Positions 26,738 to 39,602 of a DNA stretch of 64,000 bases are shown one piece after another. The DNA is taken from contig JAAPAO010000119.1 in NCBI GenBank assembly GCA_013115145.1, forward strand, positions 6,834 to 70,833, written 5' to 3'. The stretch comes from Perkinsus chesapeaki ATCC PRA-425. Taxonomy: Eukaryota > Protista > Perkinsozoa. The translations under genes and the position numbers were made by a program. Every line of letters begins with the position of its first letter. The stretch's first letter is position 1. The notes below the pieces were generated by a model that saw only the letters and a list, made by a program, of their open reading frames with translations, made no database searches and was not told where the DNA came from.

Positions 26738-29441
26738 ATGTCTGTTTTAACATACCAAATACGGTACGCTGGCCGACGAATTGCCGTGGAGATTCCGCAA
26801 GATGCAAGCTACCGGGAGATGCAAGAGAAGATCTTCCAGGTTACTGGGGTTCCTATAGAGAGACAGGTAAGTCTGGATGGGTCAAGAAACTGCTAAGGAC
26901 TGGCGGCTTTCGCGAAGCTAGAGGGAGAAAATTCGATTTCTTTGCACGATAGAGCAAACCCTAACCAGATAAGGAAGCTTGAGAAGCTTAGCCGGCTTTT
27001 CTTATCGCTGCTTAACCAGAACCACATAAAGCTACTGTTTTGATAATGTCGCATGTGAAGTGTAGTAGCGATTGAGATGCAAGTGTCGCTGCTGAGAGGG
27101 TAGCCTATTGCATCATCCCTATTGGTTGCGCGGGTCTTTGCTGATATTTCGTGGGGGATCTTTTAGATAAAATGCTATATTCGTTTGTATAGGGTATTGC
27201 TAATCGTTATCAGGTCATCTCGGTAGTGGGGTTTCCCTCAAAACGGCTGTTATTGCCGAAGCCGGATACGCCTGTATCATCACTTCATATAGGCAAAGAC
27301 GATGTTTTAGCGCTTACGGCTAGTGAAGGTAAGGAGGAACCAAATCGATCGTCTAATCGATTTCTGGATATCTTTCGCTGTGGCCACAGAGAAGCCAGTA
27401 AGCCAGGAATCATTCTGCCCTCATGCAGGGGACATGTATTCTTATCAGGACCCTCAGAAGCATCAAGTGGCTCGACCGCTGTGTCGCGGTCTCAATCAGA
27501 TGTTGCTAAGGCGAGATTCCCTATACTGGATCCGGAGCTAGTAGGAAATTCCGGCGGAAGGATTCTCTGAAATAAATTAAAATTCGGAGCAATATTTTTG
27601 TGGCGGTGCAGAACCCTCATTCGTCAGGCTCCATATCAGGTAGACCTAACCAAATTCCACAGAGAGCCTGTGGCTGGTGATAATTCATGCCTATTCACCG
27701 CTGTTATTCGATCATTGAAATTGAACGGAATGTCTACACGAGATCTCCGTGGCATTGTTGCTCGAACGATCGAAGCCAACCCTGAGCGGTACACGGAAGC
27801 TGTGCTCGAGCAGCCGCCGAAAAAGTAAGTGGGCGGGAGACACCTTTGACACTAACGGGGTGACGCATAATACTGGACTTCGGCGGATATGTGGGAGTAG
27901 GAGAAGAATTCTCGCGAGGAAAAAACAATTGTACTATCTTTATAGAGAATTAGGGGAAATCAGACTATACACCGCGGTGTATATCTCTCACCATTTCCAA
28001 CGTTATTTGCTCTGAATGTTAGTGGAATTTCACTTCTTTGCTCTTCCGTTACCTTGGCGGACTTCATTTTTATAATACCGAATCCCCTATACTGGGAAGA
28101 TGTATGTGCTGCAGCAGCAGGAGCAGCGTATTATATATTATATAGTGTAGATGATTTCTACTAGCCCCATAATAAAGTGCATACCGCCTTTCGTAAGCAA
28201 ATGAATGGGAAAAGTATCTAATCAGTTCGCAGGGTAAAGTATGTACTTCAGCTCGCTACCATTTTAATAAAAATCAGCGAGCTGAAGTAATAATTTTATC
28301 ATCTGAATAGGCCTATTTAGTGGCATTTTATGGTTGCTATACCAAAAGGAATGTTGACTATTAGACTATAGTTATACGGCAATGATTCGCTGGGGAAGCT
28401 TTGAGAGTCTACCGGGGGACCCTAGCACTGTTTTCTCGCTTTAGGTATTCTAAATGGATCTGTAAGGACACGTCATGGGGAGGCTATATTGAGCTAAGTA
28501 TTTTAGCTCCACATTTTGGAGTGCAAATAAATACTATTGGCATTATGACGGGGCATTTTTATAAGTAAGTTCCCAGCGACATTTTTGTGTTCTATTAAGA
28601 GTCTGGTTAAGCTTTGACGGTCTAAGTGGATTTTTTGTCGTACTTCGTCGCATTACTGGTTGTATATACACTCTGGGTAAAAATGGAGCTTCTGAGTAGT
28701 TCCGTAAAATCCTGCTCGTTTTTTGCATCTTTCTGTTAGTCGGAGATAAGTTGTACGGCCCAACAGCACAGCTTCAGTCACCTTTCCACCGTAATCTGAT
28801 TCACATTGATTTCGAAGAGCATTGGCTCTTATCTTTTCGGTATAACTAGTAAATCTGGAGCTACAGGAATTGATAGTGGACAATCAGATGTCGGACCAAA
28901 AAGGAATAAATTTTATTTCAACTTCGGACCTAGGAACACATTTTCTAATAAAATTTCTCCAAATAGGGAGCATTCTTCGACTTTCTAGGAACATATTTCC
29001 GTGAGGCTCGACGATGATTGAGCCCGGCGTTCTATAGGTACCCGCAAGATGTCTCCGAGAATACCCCTTGCGTGTACCTGCTACATGACGGTAGCCGTGG
29101 TATTGCCAATAGTGTGAATTCCTTCTCTCTTTAGGCGCTCATTACGACTATGTAGCTTCGCAAAGCTTAGTTGATGATAGTCGGGTATCGATATTTTCCA
29201 GTAGTGACGCTCGAGTCGCCAAGGCAGCAAAGGGCGTGGCTGATGAGTTACGAAAGAGAAAACAGTACATTCGGAATAGATTCCGCTCAGTTTTGAAACT
29301 CCTGTCAGGTTCACTGATTTCGGCGGGTTCACTTTGCAGTGTCAAGAGTGCTTCGCCCTGGTTATCGGTCAAGGTGGAGCGATCGAACATTCTCGCCAGA
29401 CTGGCCATTCTCGTTTTCAAGAGATATCTCAGGGCTTGTGA
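26738..29441 (+). CDS. OTU1: Ubiquitin thioesterase OTU1/YOD1 (UBX-like, OTU and C2H2 zinc-finger domains)
   Basis: ATG 26738; exons encode GFPSKRL, DNSCLF (catalytic Cys), WGGYIELSIL, YLLHDG/AHYD (catalytic His), CQEC..H..QTGHSRFQE; stop 29439-29441. Confidence 0.93.
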
Positions 29442-29961
29442 TTCCAGCTACTGCTTGTGTTGTTACTGCGCTGTTTTTGTGGGGAGGACCGAAGTGGTCG
29501 TCATGTCCGATCATCGACATGAAATAAAATCGAATCTTCCGAATCTAACGCTAAGTAGTTTCGAGCTGGACGTGTGCCGTTGGATTTGAAAGTTCATTCC
29601 GCCCGTGCAAAAGTATGTAAAAAATTTGCGTCTTCTCCAGCGCGGAGTTCACCGATACTCAAGCGAAATATATCTTCCCAGTCGTGTTTTACTGTATAAA
29701 ATCCTACTCCGTATTCCCAGCTCTTTCTGGGGTGAAGGTTCGGTATTAGTTTGGTACTGCTATCGCACTTTGTAAGGAACTATCGGCTGATCAACCCATC
29801 AGACAGACATCAGTGCGCTACTGCTGGCACAGGAAAGAGTTTGTCTTCCTTACTATCTAATATTAATATTTCTTAGAATTATTTTCAATATTTCTAATCT
29901 TCCTCATTTTCTGCGTTAGTTTTTTAATCTTGCAGTTTAACCTGTAGAAATCTATGCAGAA

Positions 29962-32900
29962 ATGCTCCTTGAAATCGGTAGCTGCGGTGATGCCTCGGCG
30001 AATGCAAATAGTAGCGATTCGCCGGTTGGTCGAGGCGTTTGGTCCAGATCACTCGGAATGGCGCTTATGGCTAGAAGAAGTCAGCAAAGGCATGTCGAGC
30101 TCCTCGACAAAGTATGTCTTCCGATGACCGTTTCATACATTCGCACCGTAGCTGCATATAACCTTGCTCGGCTACAAACTGTGATGAGGAAAGCGCAAAG
30201 TTCCGTTCGGTTTTTGCATCTCGTAAAAACACACTGCGGCTCGCCCATCGCATCTCGTTAAAGTAGGGCCCGCTTTTCGTCTTTCTTAACGATCACATTT
30301 CCTACAAATCTTGGCCAGCCAGATCGTCAGATATTCCAACACATCTGTCAGGCTCTCGACTGATGCGGCCGCGGAGGCGTTGTTATCTTTGTATAGAATA
30401 AGGGATCACAATCCTGCCGTGACCGGTAGGTGCAGGGCACCCTTAGATCTCGAGTTCCTTCAGATAGAATAATGGCCTTTCTTAGCGACCAGTACTTCAC
30501 TACAGATAAGAGTGATCCTCAGCACATAGTGGCATTGATTGAAGCTTGGGGTGAGCGACGGATAAAAGTGACGTTGTCACTGTCAGACTCGCCTTCAGGC
30601 TCCATTGACACGTCTGTCTGGGATGCTAAAGCTTTGCGATGTCTCGAGAAGTCGGTTGATGAAGTACTTGATCCAATTGCCTCGACTATGACCACCTTTC
30701 AACTCGTCACTTTGTGTGATTGCCTTTCTAAGATGGTCCAACGAGGGCTTGAAGTAAGGGCAACTCAATACAGTGGAGCCGCCTAGTCTGCTTAATATGA
30801 TCAAAAAAGGGATATTTTACGTAGATAACATTCTGTTACTGAAACCAGGCTGGAATACTAATCGTATATAGTTTCAGACCTGTAGTACTGGCAAGCTATT
30901 GGTTATAGTTTTTACCAAAAGTTGCCTGTTCCTTAATTACGCAAAACTCGAGCCACGTTATAATTCATCACTCTTCACAGCTCTAGAATTGACTTATACA
31001 CTCTTCAAGGGAATGCAAACACTGTAACTTCGTGAAATTTTCTGAAGAAGAATAACTTCCCTCGCCAGCTAGTGCATATATCGCAACACTGACCAAAACA
31101 CCCGCGGGACATGCGGACTAGTTTTGGATCTTCTGGCGCTCCTCATGCTTCTTTTTAGATTGACCCTATGGTCGTTGCTAAGCTGGCCGAGTTTCTACGG
31201 ACCAACGTAATCGTACACCGCCGTTAGTTTGGTTATCGTTACTCAATCAGATGAGGGAACTGACGGACACCCAGCAATTGCCTGTCTTGTCGCACGCTTT
31301 TGCAATCATGCTCAGTGCCCCCGAAACGGCCAAAGAAAATAAAGAAGTAAAACGCGTTTAATGGGGTTCGAACCTGTGCGGAAATTCCCTTTTAGGTTGT
31401 CAGAATGCTATCGGTTCTGTGCGAGACCGCTAAAACAGTCTGGTTGCCTGAATTTAGCCTTAATGAGCTTTCAGCGCTGTTAACGACGCTACACCAATGC
31501 GGCGCTCCGGCCCAGGAGCTAGCTCGTGCGTCCGTTCCTGAGTTCGTCAGACTGCTCGAGGATGATTCCCAGGAGATCACAGGTAAGCTTCCCTTGGTAG
31601 GATTCGAACCTGCAGCCTCACGATGTTGAGCCGTGTCGCTCAGGTCTTATCCTAGGCAGCATCACACTACCGTTACTGAAGCTGACCGGGCGGGTCGAAG
31701 AGACAGTTGTTGCCGCTGTAGCACGGCGACTTGGTAGGTCTATCGGGTTTTAGTTCGGCATGAACGCTCCTCTAGAATGCTTTGAGATATATTCCCTATA
31801 ATGCAACGAACTACACGTTGTCAGTGACAATACCTCGACTGCTTTACACATATTTCTACAGTATCTTCGTCAAGAAAATTACTCATATCTTATTACTCAA
31901 ATTCGCAGAATTTTTCCCCTCTTAAATTACGTTGTCTCCCTACTCCTTTCAGATCGTACCTCACCGTCGCTTCTATTGTCTCCACGATCCATCAGTAACA
32001 TCCTGGCTGGCTCATGCGGTGATCGTCATTCTCACTCCACAACCGCTGGAGGTCTCCTCGAAAGCTTAGCTGGACGTTTAGATTCAACCGAGCCTATGGC
32101 TGCAATAGATGTGGGCATTCAAGCGCCACAAGACGCGTGCAACAGAATAGTGCCAGCTGGCAGCATCAAGCGCTGTTACGTCATTGGTTTTTAACTTAAC
32201 GTTCAAGTTCAACCTTCAACTTCTTTGAGCTTCTCAGGAACTAGTATCAGATTTCAAGCTGAAAATCATGTCGCTGGATGCTGTAGGCGTGTTCGTTTGA
32301 AAAAGGCAGAAAACATTTTTCCGATCCGTACAGTTAGTATGACATAGAACGATCGCATTTGTTTTGAGGCTGATGTTTAATATGAATAAAAGTATAATGA
32401 TGTTGGTTTACAGTGTTTATATACTAGCAATTCATCACTGTATAAGTCTACAGTAACGACCAGGGAACTATTTACCCTCAGAGATAGCGCTTTATCGGAA
32501 GTGGGCAGGTGATCCTGTTGTGGATATACAACTAAATTCAGATGAGAATATGATACTACTAGGAACTTTTAAGGCCAAAGAAAAGCAGGAGAACGTATAA
32601 TGTTCCTGGAGGTGTGGAAATTATTAGAGTCCTGATGAGGCATATAAATTGCCGATCTTGCTGACGCGGGAATCTCAACCATGCAGTGTGACTTTCATAT
32701 GGAATAAGACATACAAGCTATTAGTCTTGGCCGACACAGTGTGTCTCCCTTTTCAGAGTTTCAGTATCCTTCGAGCATGTGGAGCAATACTTAAACCAGG
32801 GCAGGGAATTGGCGAGAGAACCAAGCGTTTGATAGGCATCTGCTGTGAACATCTCACCGAATCTCACCGAGACTACGAGCCACGAACTCTGGTATTCTCA

Positions 32901-34496
32901 TTACACATGTTGTCTCTGTTCTACCCTGACCAAAGCCTCCTGCGGGACCTTCTGCCGGTGACAGAGAAATTCCCCATTAATTTGCAAACCATGATTTTGG
33001 GAATCTGTGAGCGAGGCAAAGATGCCGAGTCGGCTGAAATAGTTCTGAGCCGAATAGCGAAGGTGAAATGCCGAGACCCCGGCGAGGCCGCGAGAATCTT
33101 GAGGTCGATTTCACGTCTGCCGAGCGAGCTCTGGCAAAGATACGCGGTGCTGGTTAAAGAGCTGTCGAAATGCGCTTTGAAAGATACCAGGTCAAGCTCG
33201 CGAACCTTCGCGGTATGTTTGGCGCTCGCCAAGATGAAGCCCTCTCGCGAGGAAGTGTCAGAACTGATGGAAAAAGTGATGCGAGCGATCATTGCTGCGG
33301 AGGACAAGCTCGACCTCGTCGATGCCGCCACGGCGACATCTATTCTTGTCCGGCTAACAGGGGAGGGGAGCAGTGCAGGTGAGCTCGAGTGCATCTTCAC
33401 CTGAAAGTTGATACCTTGTAGGAACGGCCATTATGCTGCCCAGTCGCTTCTGTGACGCCGTGACAGACTCAGTAATTTCTTGTATTCTGCGTGCGACCAG
33501 CGGTGGGTACGAATTACCTGGACGAGATCTTGATCGCATCGGACAATGTGAGTCTTTTTCACCACAGTCTGGTACCGTTCCCTTGTGCTTCGATACTCTG
33601 CCTCTAGCTCTCCTTCAATACTCGCTACATTCCTGCGAATCTCTCTAAGTGGTCTGCCGAAGCCCGCGGGCTGCCCCCAGCCCGTGGAGCTCGCCTTTGT
33701 TAATCAGGTCTCTCTGGTTTGGCCAAACTCCAGTTGCGTCCAGCTGATTCTGATGCGCTCGAGTTGTGCATTTCCTATTTGATAAACAGGGCGACAATGA
33801 AAACAGCACGGCACATTTTGAGTATACTTCACAGTGCTTGGAAACTTGATCTCAAAAAGGCCACCGAGGCAATCGAGGATAATGCCGTTGGAGTCGTATC
33901 CACCATCGATGCGGTGCGCACTATGTAAGCTATTCTCCCGCATATATTTCTATTTGCCTGGGTGTGATCTTTAACCTCAATGTTTTGCTACTTTCAAGGA
34001 TTTTCAAGTAGGTTTTTGCGAACGGTTTTTTCGGCAGCTACAAGGAAGAGTTGGGTGAGCGACGAACACGCCCTCGGCATGAAAAATTAAATTCGCAGAC
34101 TATACGCTGGGTTGAAGGGTTTCAATCGAGCTGGTCAGATCGAAGGAACAATTTAAAAAATATCACCTTTTCTTATTTTCAAAGTGACGTATAAAGCTCG
34201 GGCACAGTAGTATTCTCCGTGTAACTTTACAGGGACTCGGCATGTCCGTGTCTTGCGTAATTTCGAGCGTCATATTTGCTAATGGCAGGATCTCGATGTT
34301 TCTTGTCTTCAGATACTGCCTGGCTTGTCTTGGTGTGCCTTCTGCCCGCATCTATCTCTCATCAGCCTTGCGTCCCGAGCTGACTTCTGTCGAGTCCTCT
34401 CAATTAATCACTGCACTGGCTGCAATTCACTTAGATTGTCCACGCATTGGACGCTTCCTCAACATTGAGCATTTGACAGTCGCCCTCGATTTGTAA
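29962..34496 (+). CDS. Large multi-exon protein of unknown function, predicted alpha-helical repeats (RAP/FASTK/OPR-like appearance); 5' end uncertain
   Basis: Series of Leu-rich exon ORFs bounded by GT/AG (for example PEFSLNELSALLTTLHQCG, YEPRTLVFSLHMLSLF, PELTSVESSQLITALAAI); stop at 34494-34496. The family assignment is only a resemblance. Confidence 0.55.
31353..31389 (-). pseudogene. tRNA-Ser-like 3' fragment at an intron 3' end (acceptor AG 31394-31395)
   Basis: Reverse complement GGGAATTTCCGCACAGGTTCGAACCCCATTAAACGCG then TTTT: variable-arm-like hairpin, T-loop, G discriminator. Confidence 0.65.
31589..31639 (-). pseudogene. tRNA 3' two-thirds (Arg-like) forming 51 of the 61 nt of intron 31583-31643
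   Basis: Reverse complement GCGACACGGCTCAACATCGTGAGGCTGCAGGTTCGAATCCTACCAAGGGAA: anticodon stem CACGG/TCGTG, T-arm, 7-nt acceptor strand and A. Confidence 0.75.
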
Positions 34497-36168
34497 GACT
34501 AGGAGCTCGCTTCTCTCCGCCCCTATTAGCATTGCTGCGTCTTCAGTGAGCGTATGAGGCATTCCTAGTTCTAGTTCGCATTCTCCCGTCGAAGAATGGC
34601 AATTTACTCCTAAACAGAAGTTCCCTTTAAAATTAACCGCCACTCTTGTCGGCCTGCTATTGCAGTTTGTTGTTCATATTTGCTTCACTCAGATTGTCAC
34701 GTGCTACCAGACGGCAACACAGTCCTGTTGTGCAACACGAAGAGTTACGGAATGAGATATGTGAAGTTTTAGAGTCTATCTCGTCTCATTGTATTGTCGA
34801 TCCAAAACTCTTCTGGACATGAGTGTTTCTGACCAATGTTTCCATTATCAATAATTTGCCTCTAGTTCTTCAGACTTCAGTGTAACCAATACACAATGGT
34901 CTACACATTAAGACCAATACGTCACTGGAACACAGGTTCTGCATGATCACACTGCAACAATTCTCTTAACGATATCTAGTCATGTGAAACATCAATTCCG
35001 CGGCGGCAGGCGAAGTTGGACAGCCGATTCTGAACAATTTCGTCTTGGAATTTTCAATTTCGTCGAGACCTAGCAAGTGCTCCCAATTCCGCTCACTTAG
35101 GGAGAACAATTTCATGACAATTTTTTGACAATCAACTAGATATTGAAAATGTGTATTCTCTGCTCGAAATATTGTCTATGAACCTTCTCAGTACAACTTA
35201 ACCTTTCTTCCAATCTGGGACTTATAAGTCTTATGTGGCTAGGAGATCTGGTTGGAGAATACAATACATATCTTAGTATTAATTCTTGGCCCGTTTTCGG
35301 CTCAGCATGGTTTTATGTGGTTATCAACTTACCTTTCTACCGCGGGATCGTCTGGGTGCTATACGGTACGCCCAACAGGAATCCTGCATTACGAGGTTCT
35401 TGTGAAAAAGAGAGTTAAACTCGTTTTGAGAACCGTACCGGCCAGTACAATGACGTGATATTCATGGCAGATCCGTATTGTCTCATTTCCAGCCCTTCTA
35501 CAGTATCCTTACCTTTTCTTCGTTATAAGCTTCGTGTTGAGGTGTTAATAAGCCAAACAAAGTAGGCCATGCTCATTGATCTACTTATACCAGTGGAACA
35601 GAAAGAACACTCCTTTCTGCTCTATTCTCTCTCTTACGACCTTCTCGAAAGCAGAAGGCCATATCGCCAGATAATTTCCATGGAAGGATCAATGCAGTAC
35701 GAGGTATAACCGCACATATTCGCCTTATTATCGACTCACGGAGAGGCCTCATTGAACCTTCGTGGTCTTACACCTCTGAGCGTGGGATATTCACCATAGC
35801 TTAGTCTCTACATTCTCATAGTACGCCTATCACATGAAAGGTAGTTATTGTCACACCGAGTTCTTATTATCAGATTTCTGCTCTTAGTACCAAATGCTTA
35901 AGGGGAGTCCGGTAACCAGGAGATGGCGCATTTTAAGAATATTTAAGCAATATCCAATATTTGGTGGAGACAGTTCTTGTCAGGCAGCCGAGACAGCTAG
36001 GTGATTTTCATGCAACTATGCATGTAGAGGACATAGTGTTTTGCCGTCTCCTATTTCCGTCTCCGAATGTCAGCTTCTGGCTAAATATAGCTCTCATTCA
36101 CTAAACGCCATTCAGTGAACAGAAGACACTACCGACAAACTTTCTCAGCGCATTTTTTGTGTGCACTC

Positions 36169-37221
36169 ATGTCTACATTATTCTCCGTCTTACTTCCGCT
36201 GTATATCCTTCTTGTGGTTGTTGATGCTGGTCAGGTCGCCGATGCCAAGCTTGTTGAGTATACTCCATGCAGTCCGGTCGTCGGTATTCTCGCTCCTCTT
36301 GCCTTGTATGGTGGAAATCTTTTCGTACCGCCGAATGATGCTGCCATCCCAGAGTATGTCGTTAAATTTCTACGTAGCGCTGCAGTGCAGGTTGTCGTCC
36401 TACACGAGGAAGATCCCGACCTGGAGTCCGTACTATCTCGCTTGAGTGGTGTTTACTTTCCTGGAGCTTCCGTCGATGTTGACTTCGATCAACCTTATGA
36501 ACAAGCGGCCTTGAGGATCTACAACTATGCGAAGAAGAGACACTCGGAGAATGACCCATTCCCACTTATCGGTGTTGGTCGAGGTTATCACCTCCTCGCC
36601 GCTTTGGCGGCGGGCACCCCCGATGTTATATCTAAAGATCCTCGCAACGCTAAAAATGCCCTGCTAACTCTGCAAATAGTTGATGATGGAGGTGATATGC
36701 TCGGATCGCTCCCATTAAATGTTAAGGAGATATTGCAAACCAAACCAGTGACACACAATGACCAGATGTATGGGGTCCTACCAGAGATGTGGGAGCGCTT
36801 TCCTGGGCTGAACGAACAGTTCCTGATGACCAGTACCAGCAAGGATCCTGTTAGTGGTAAAATATTCTCAGCCACGATCGAGTCCAGACCTGGCAAAGCC
36901 CCTATGTATGGTATTGAGTGGCACCCAGAGACTATTCCCTACCTATGGGACCCTGATAAAGTACCCGCTTCGGCCAAAACGCCTGAATCTCTGCGTGTTA
37001 GCAGCGAGGTGGGGCTCTTCATCAACAGACTGTTCTCCGACAAGCTGAACAGATTTGAAACTATGGTAAAATTGGATAATGCAGTACTCAGCAGTTACAT
37101 TCGCTCATGTTATGGATGGGATATCGCTCATGGGCATTGTGTGATTGTGAAATCAAATCCAATACCAAATCCAGCTAGCCTTTTCGCTCACTCCGCCCAA
37201 CCAGTACAGCTCCATGTATAA
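36169..37221 (+). CDS. Gamma-glutamyl hydrolase-like protein (peptidase C26), secreted, catalytic Cys replaced by Gly; intronless
   Basis: Signal peptide MSTLFSVLLPLYILLVVVDAG; PVVGIL, YVVKFLRSAAVQVV, LSGVYFPG, PLIGVGRG (family G-x-C-x-G), YGIEWHPE. Confidence 0.88.
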   Translation: MSTLFSVLLPLYILLVVVDAGQVADAKLVEYTPCSPVVGILAPLALYGGNLFVPPNDAAIPEYVVKFLRSAAVQVVVLHEEDPDLESVLSRLSGVYFPGASVDVDFDQPYEQAALRIYNYAKKRHSENDPFPLIGVGRGYHLLAALAAGTPDVISKDPRNAKNALLTLQIVDDGGDMLGSLPLNVKEILQTKPVTHNDQMYGVLPEMWERFPGLNEQFLMTSTSKDPVSGKIFSATIESRPGKAPMYGIEWHPETIPYLWDPDKVPASAKTPESLRVSSEVGLFINRLFSDKLNRFETMVKLDNAVLSSYIRSCYGWDIAHGHCVIVKSNPIPNPASLFAHSAQPVQLHV

Positions 37222-37780
37222 TGACCATTCAAGAAAGTAGCGATAAATATTTATGTGTTCCAAATTATAGCGATGACATCAACTCGATATTATTCGGAAA
37301 AAAACTAAAAACCCTCTTTAGAACTAAAATCTGATGTTCATGATCCTTGCGTGCTTATACTGTATGCGGAAGTTTCGTTGAAGTATACATTTAAATACGT
37401 CACATGTATATGGGGCAAAATGCTTTCCTCTCAGTTGTAAAAAGTGCGCCAACTGAGCTACACCCCGGCAAGTATTAGCAACACGAGAGGCGTCCCAAGT
37501 GGCGTAACTAAGTAACATGTCTGGCCGTCCCAGCTCACAGCTGTTGACGGTGGATCTCCGCGTATCGAGTCTCGATTCGAGACGGCCAATTTCCTCCGTG
37601 CATCTCTGCATGCAAAGTGGCGTTTTTTGCCGTCTCTTCTTTCGGATTGTTTCTCTGTCTCGGGGTCGCTGTATGAAGCTATATACTGTCAAACTTATAG
37701 TGGCGGTTATTGTTGACCACCGAGCCTTTTTTAATTGACGAACAGCTTGAATGTTTCAGCATAACTACTTTGTGCACCGT

Positions 37781-38815
37781 ATGTCCGTATTATTCAATAT
37801 CTTACATCGCTTGTGCACCCTACTCGTAACGGTCGGTGCCGCCCGACTTGATGATGACACTTTTGACGATTATACTCCATGGAGCCCGGTGGTCGGGATT
37901 CTAGTCCACCCTTTTGTGCACAATGGTACACGACTGGCTGGTGGTTTCATTCCAGAACATATCCCGAGATTTCTGGAGAGTGCTGGGGTTCAAGTTGCTG
38001 TTCTTCACGAGAAGGAACCTCATTTGGAGTCTCTGCTACCTCTCCTGAGTGGTGTTTACTTCCCGGATGGCGTCCTTGATATTGACTTAAATCAACCTTA
38101 TGAACAAGCGGCCTTGAAGATCTACAACTATGCGAAGAAGAGACACTCGGAGAATGACTCTTTCCCACTTATCGGAATTTGTCAAGGTCATCAGCTTCTT
38201 GCCGCTTTGGCGGCGGGCACCCCAGATGCTATATCGAAGAATGCCTACAAGTCTACCAATGTCTCGCTTCCTTTACAATTTGTCGAAGATGGAGGCAAGA
38301 TGCTCGGATCGCTCCCAGCAGATCTTAAGAAGATACTGCAAACCAAGCCGATCACGTATAACAACCATGACCACGGAATCCCACCAGAGATGTGGGAGCG
38401 CTTTCCTGGGCTGAACGAACAGTTTATGATGACCAGTACCAGCGAGGATCCTGTTAGTGGTAGAATATTTTCAGCCACAATGGAGTCCAGACCTGGCAAA
38501 GCCCCTATGTATGGTATTCAATTTCACTCAGAGACTGTTCCTTATGCTTGGAGTCCCTTGGTGAAATCGGCTTTAGTTAAGACGCATGAATCTTTACGCA
38601 TTACGACCGAGATCAGCTTATTCATTAATAGCCTCTTCCACGACAAGCCAAGCAGATTTGGAGACATAGGACAGCTACAAGGTCTACTCGTCGAAACCTA
38701 TGACCTACGTTGCGCAGTCGATACGGGTGCCGCAGAAGGTAGATGCTTCCATCACATTCCTGATCCCACTCTGCTGGGTATAAACCTTGTAAACACAGGG
38801 TCCCTTCAAAGTTGA
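37781..38815 (+). CDS. GGH: Gamma-glutamyl hydrolase (peptidase C26), secreted, catalytic Cys and His present; intronless
   Basis: Signal peptide; PVVGIL, FLESAGVQV, PLIGICQGHQLL, NNHDHGI, YGIQFHSE. An alternative in-frame ATG lies at 37751. Confidence 0.88.
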   Translation: MSVLFNILHRLCTLLVTVGAARLDDDTFDDYTPWSPVVGILVHPFVHNGTRLAGGFIPEHIPRFLESAGVQVAVLHEKEPHLESLLPLLSGVYFPDGVLDIDLNQPYEQAALKIYNYAKKRHSENDSFPLIGICQGHQLLAALAAGTPDAISKNAYKSTNVSLPLQFVEDGGKMLGSLPADLKKILQTKPITYNNHDHGIPPEMWERFPGLNEQFMMTSTSEDPVSGRIFSATMESRPGKAPMYGIQFHSETVPYAWSPLVKSALVKTHESLRITTEISLFINSLFHDKPSRFGDIGQLQGLLVETYDLRCAVDTGAAEGRCFHHIPDPTLLGINLVNTGSLQS

Positions 38816-39602
38816 TACTCAGGGATATTAAGTGGATCGTGAGCGCCTCTATTTTTCGTGTGTTGTATACTCTATACGAAATAACTATTGAATTTGATAT
38901 GATAACCTTGAAAAACTAATGACAGATGTTCATGAATGTTGCGCGATTAAAGCGATGTTTTCGTTGTAGTATCCCAATATGTGGAATAATGCGGGCCATA
39001 CATCTCAATGATTGAAACTGACGGGCCACTTATAGCACAAGTTGTGATCGAAGGATGGGTAACACTACTGTAGAGGACGAGATGAAGAAGGACTTTGACG
39101 GTTACGCATCAGGAGTTTTGTTCCGAAGGCCTGGCCCTGGTGAATATTCCAATTGGTGTGGGTTCCCACCCCAACACCAAAATGACCCAATTAGAATTTC
39201 TATCAATCCGAATTTAATTTGCCGGGTAAGCCCTGACGATACTCATCCGGTTCAGTCGCTGCAACATCAAGGACTTGGATTCGAGGTCAGCGACAGATTC
39301 GGAACCTTGTGCGAACTGAGAGTTACTGGCTGTCTCTCAACTTCTCGCTCAATCGCGGGAAATCGGTGGTATGTATAATGCTGACTCATCTAGACAGCTT
39401 GCGTCGGAGAGTGGGCAACCTTCAAGCGTCCTAAAATCTTCTATAATAACATCGCCCAGTTGCGGAGACTACGGAAGCGTGGAATGCGTTATATTGTCTC
39501 CAGTCTCGAGTCGTTCCCGTCTCGTCCTCAGCCGCCGTACACTGGGCTTCGTTATTGCTCTGCTAGCCAGGCTTATCATCTCAGGATATCAGTGAGCCAT
39601 TC

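Noticed and set aside
37445-37466. tRNA-like 5' end on the minus strand (GGGGTGTAGCTCAGTTGG)
   Set aside because: No T-loop or anticodon arm follows, and it could be chance or a local hairpin.
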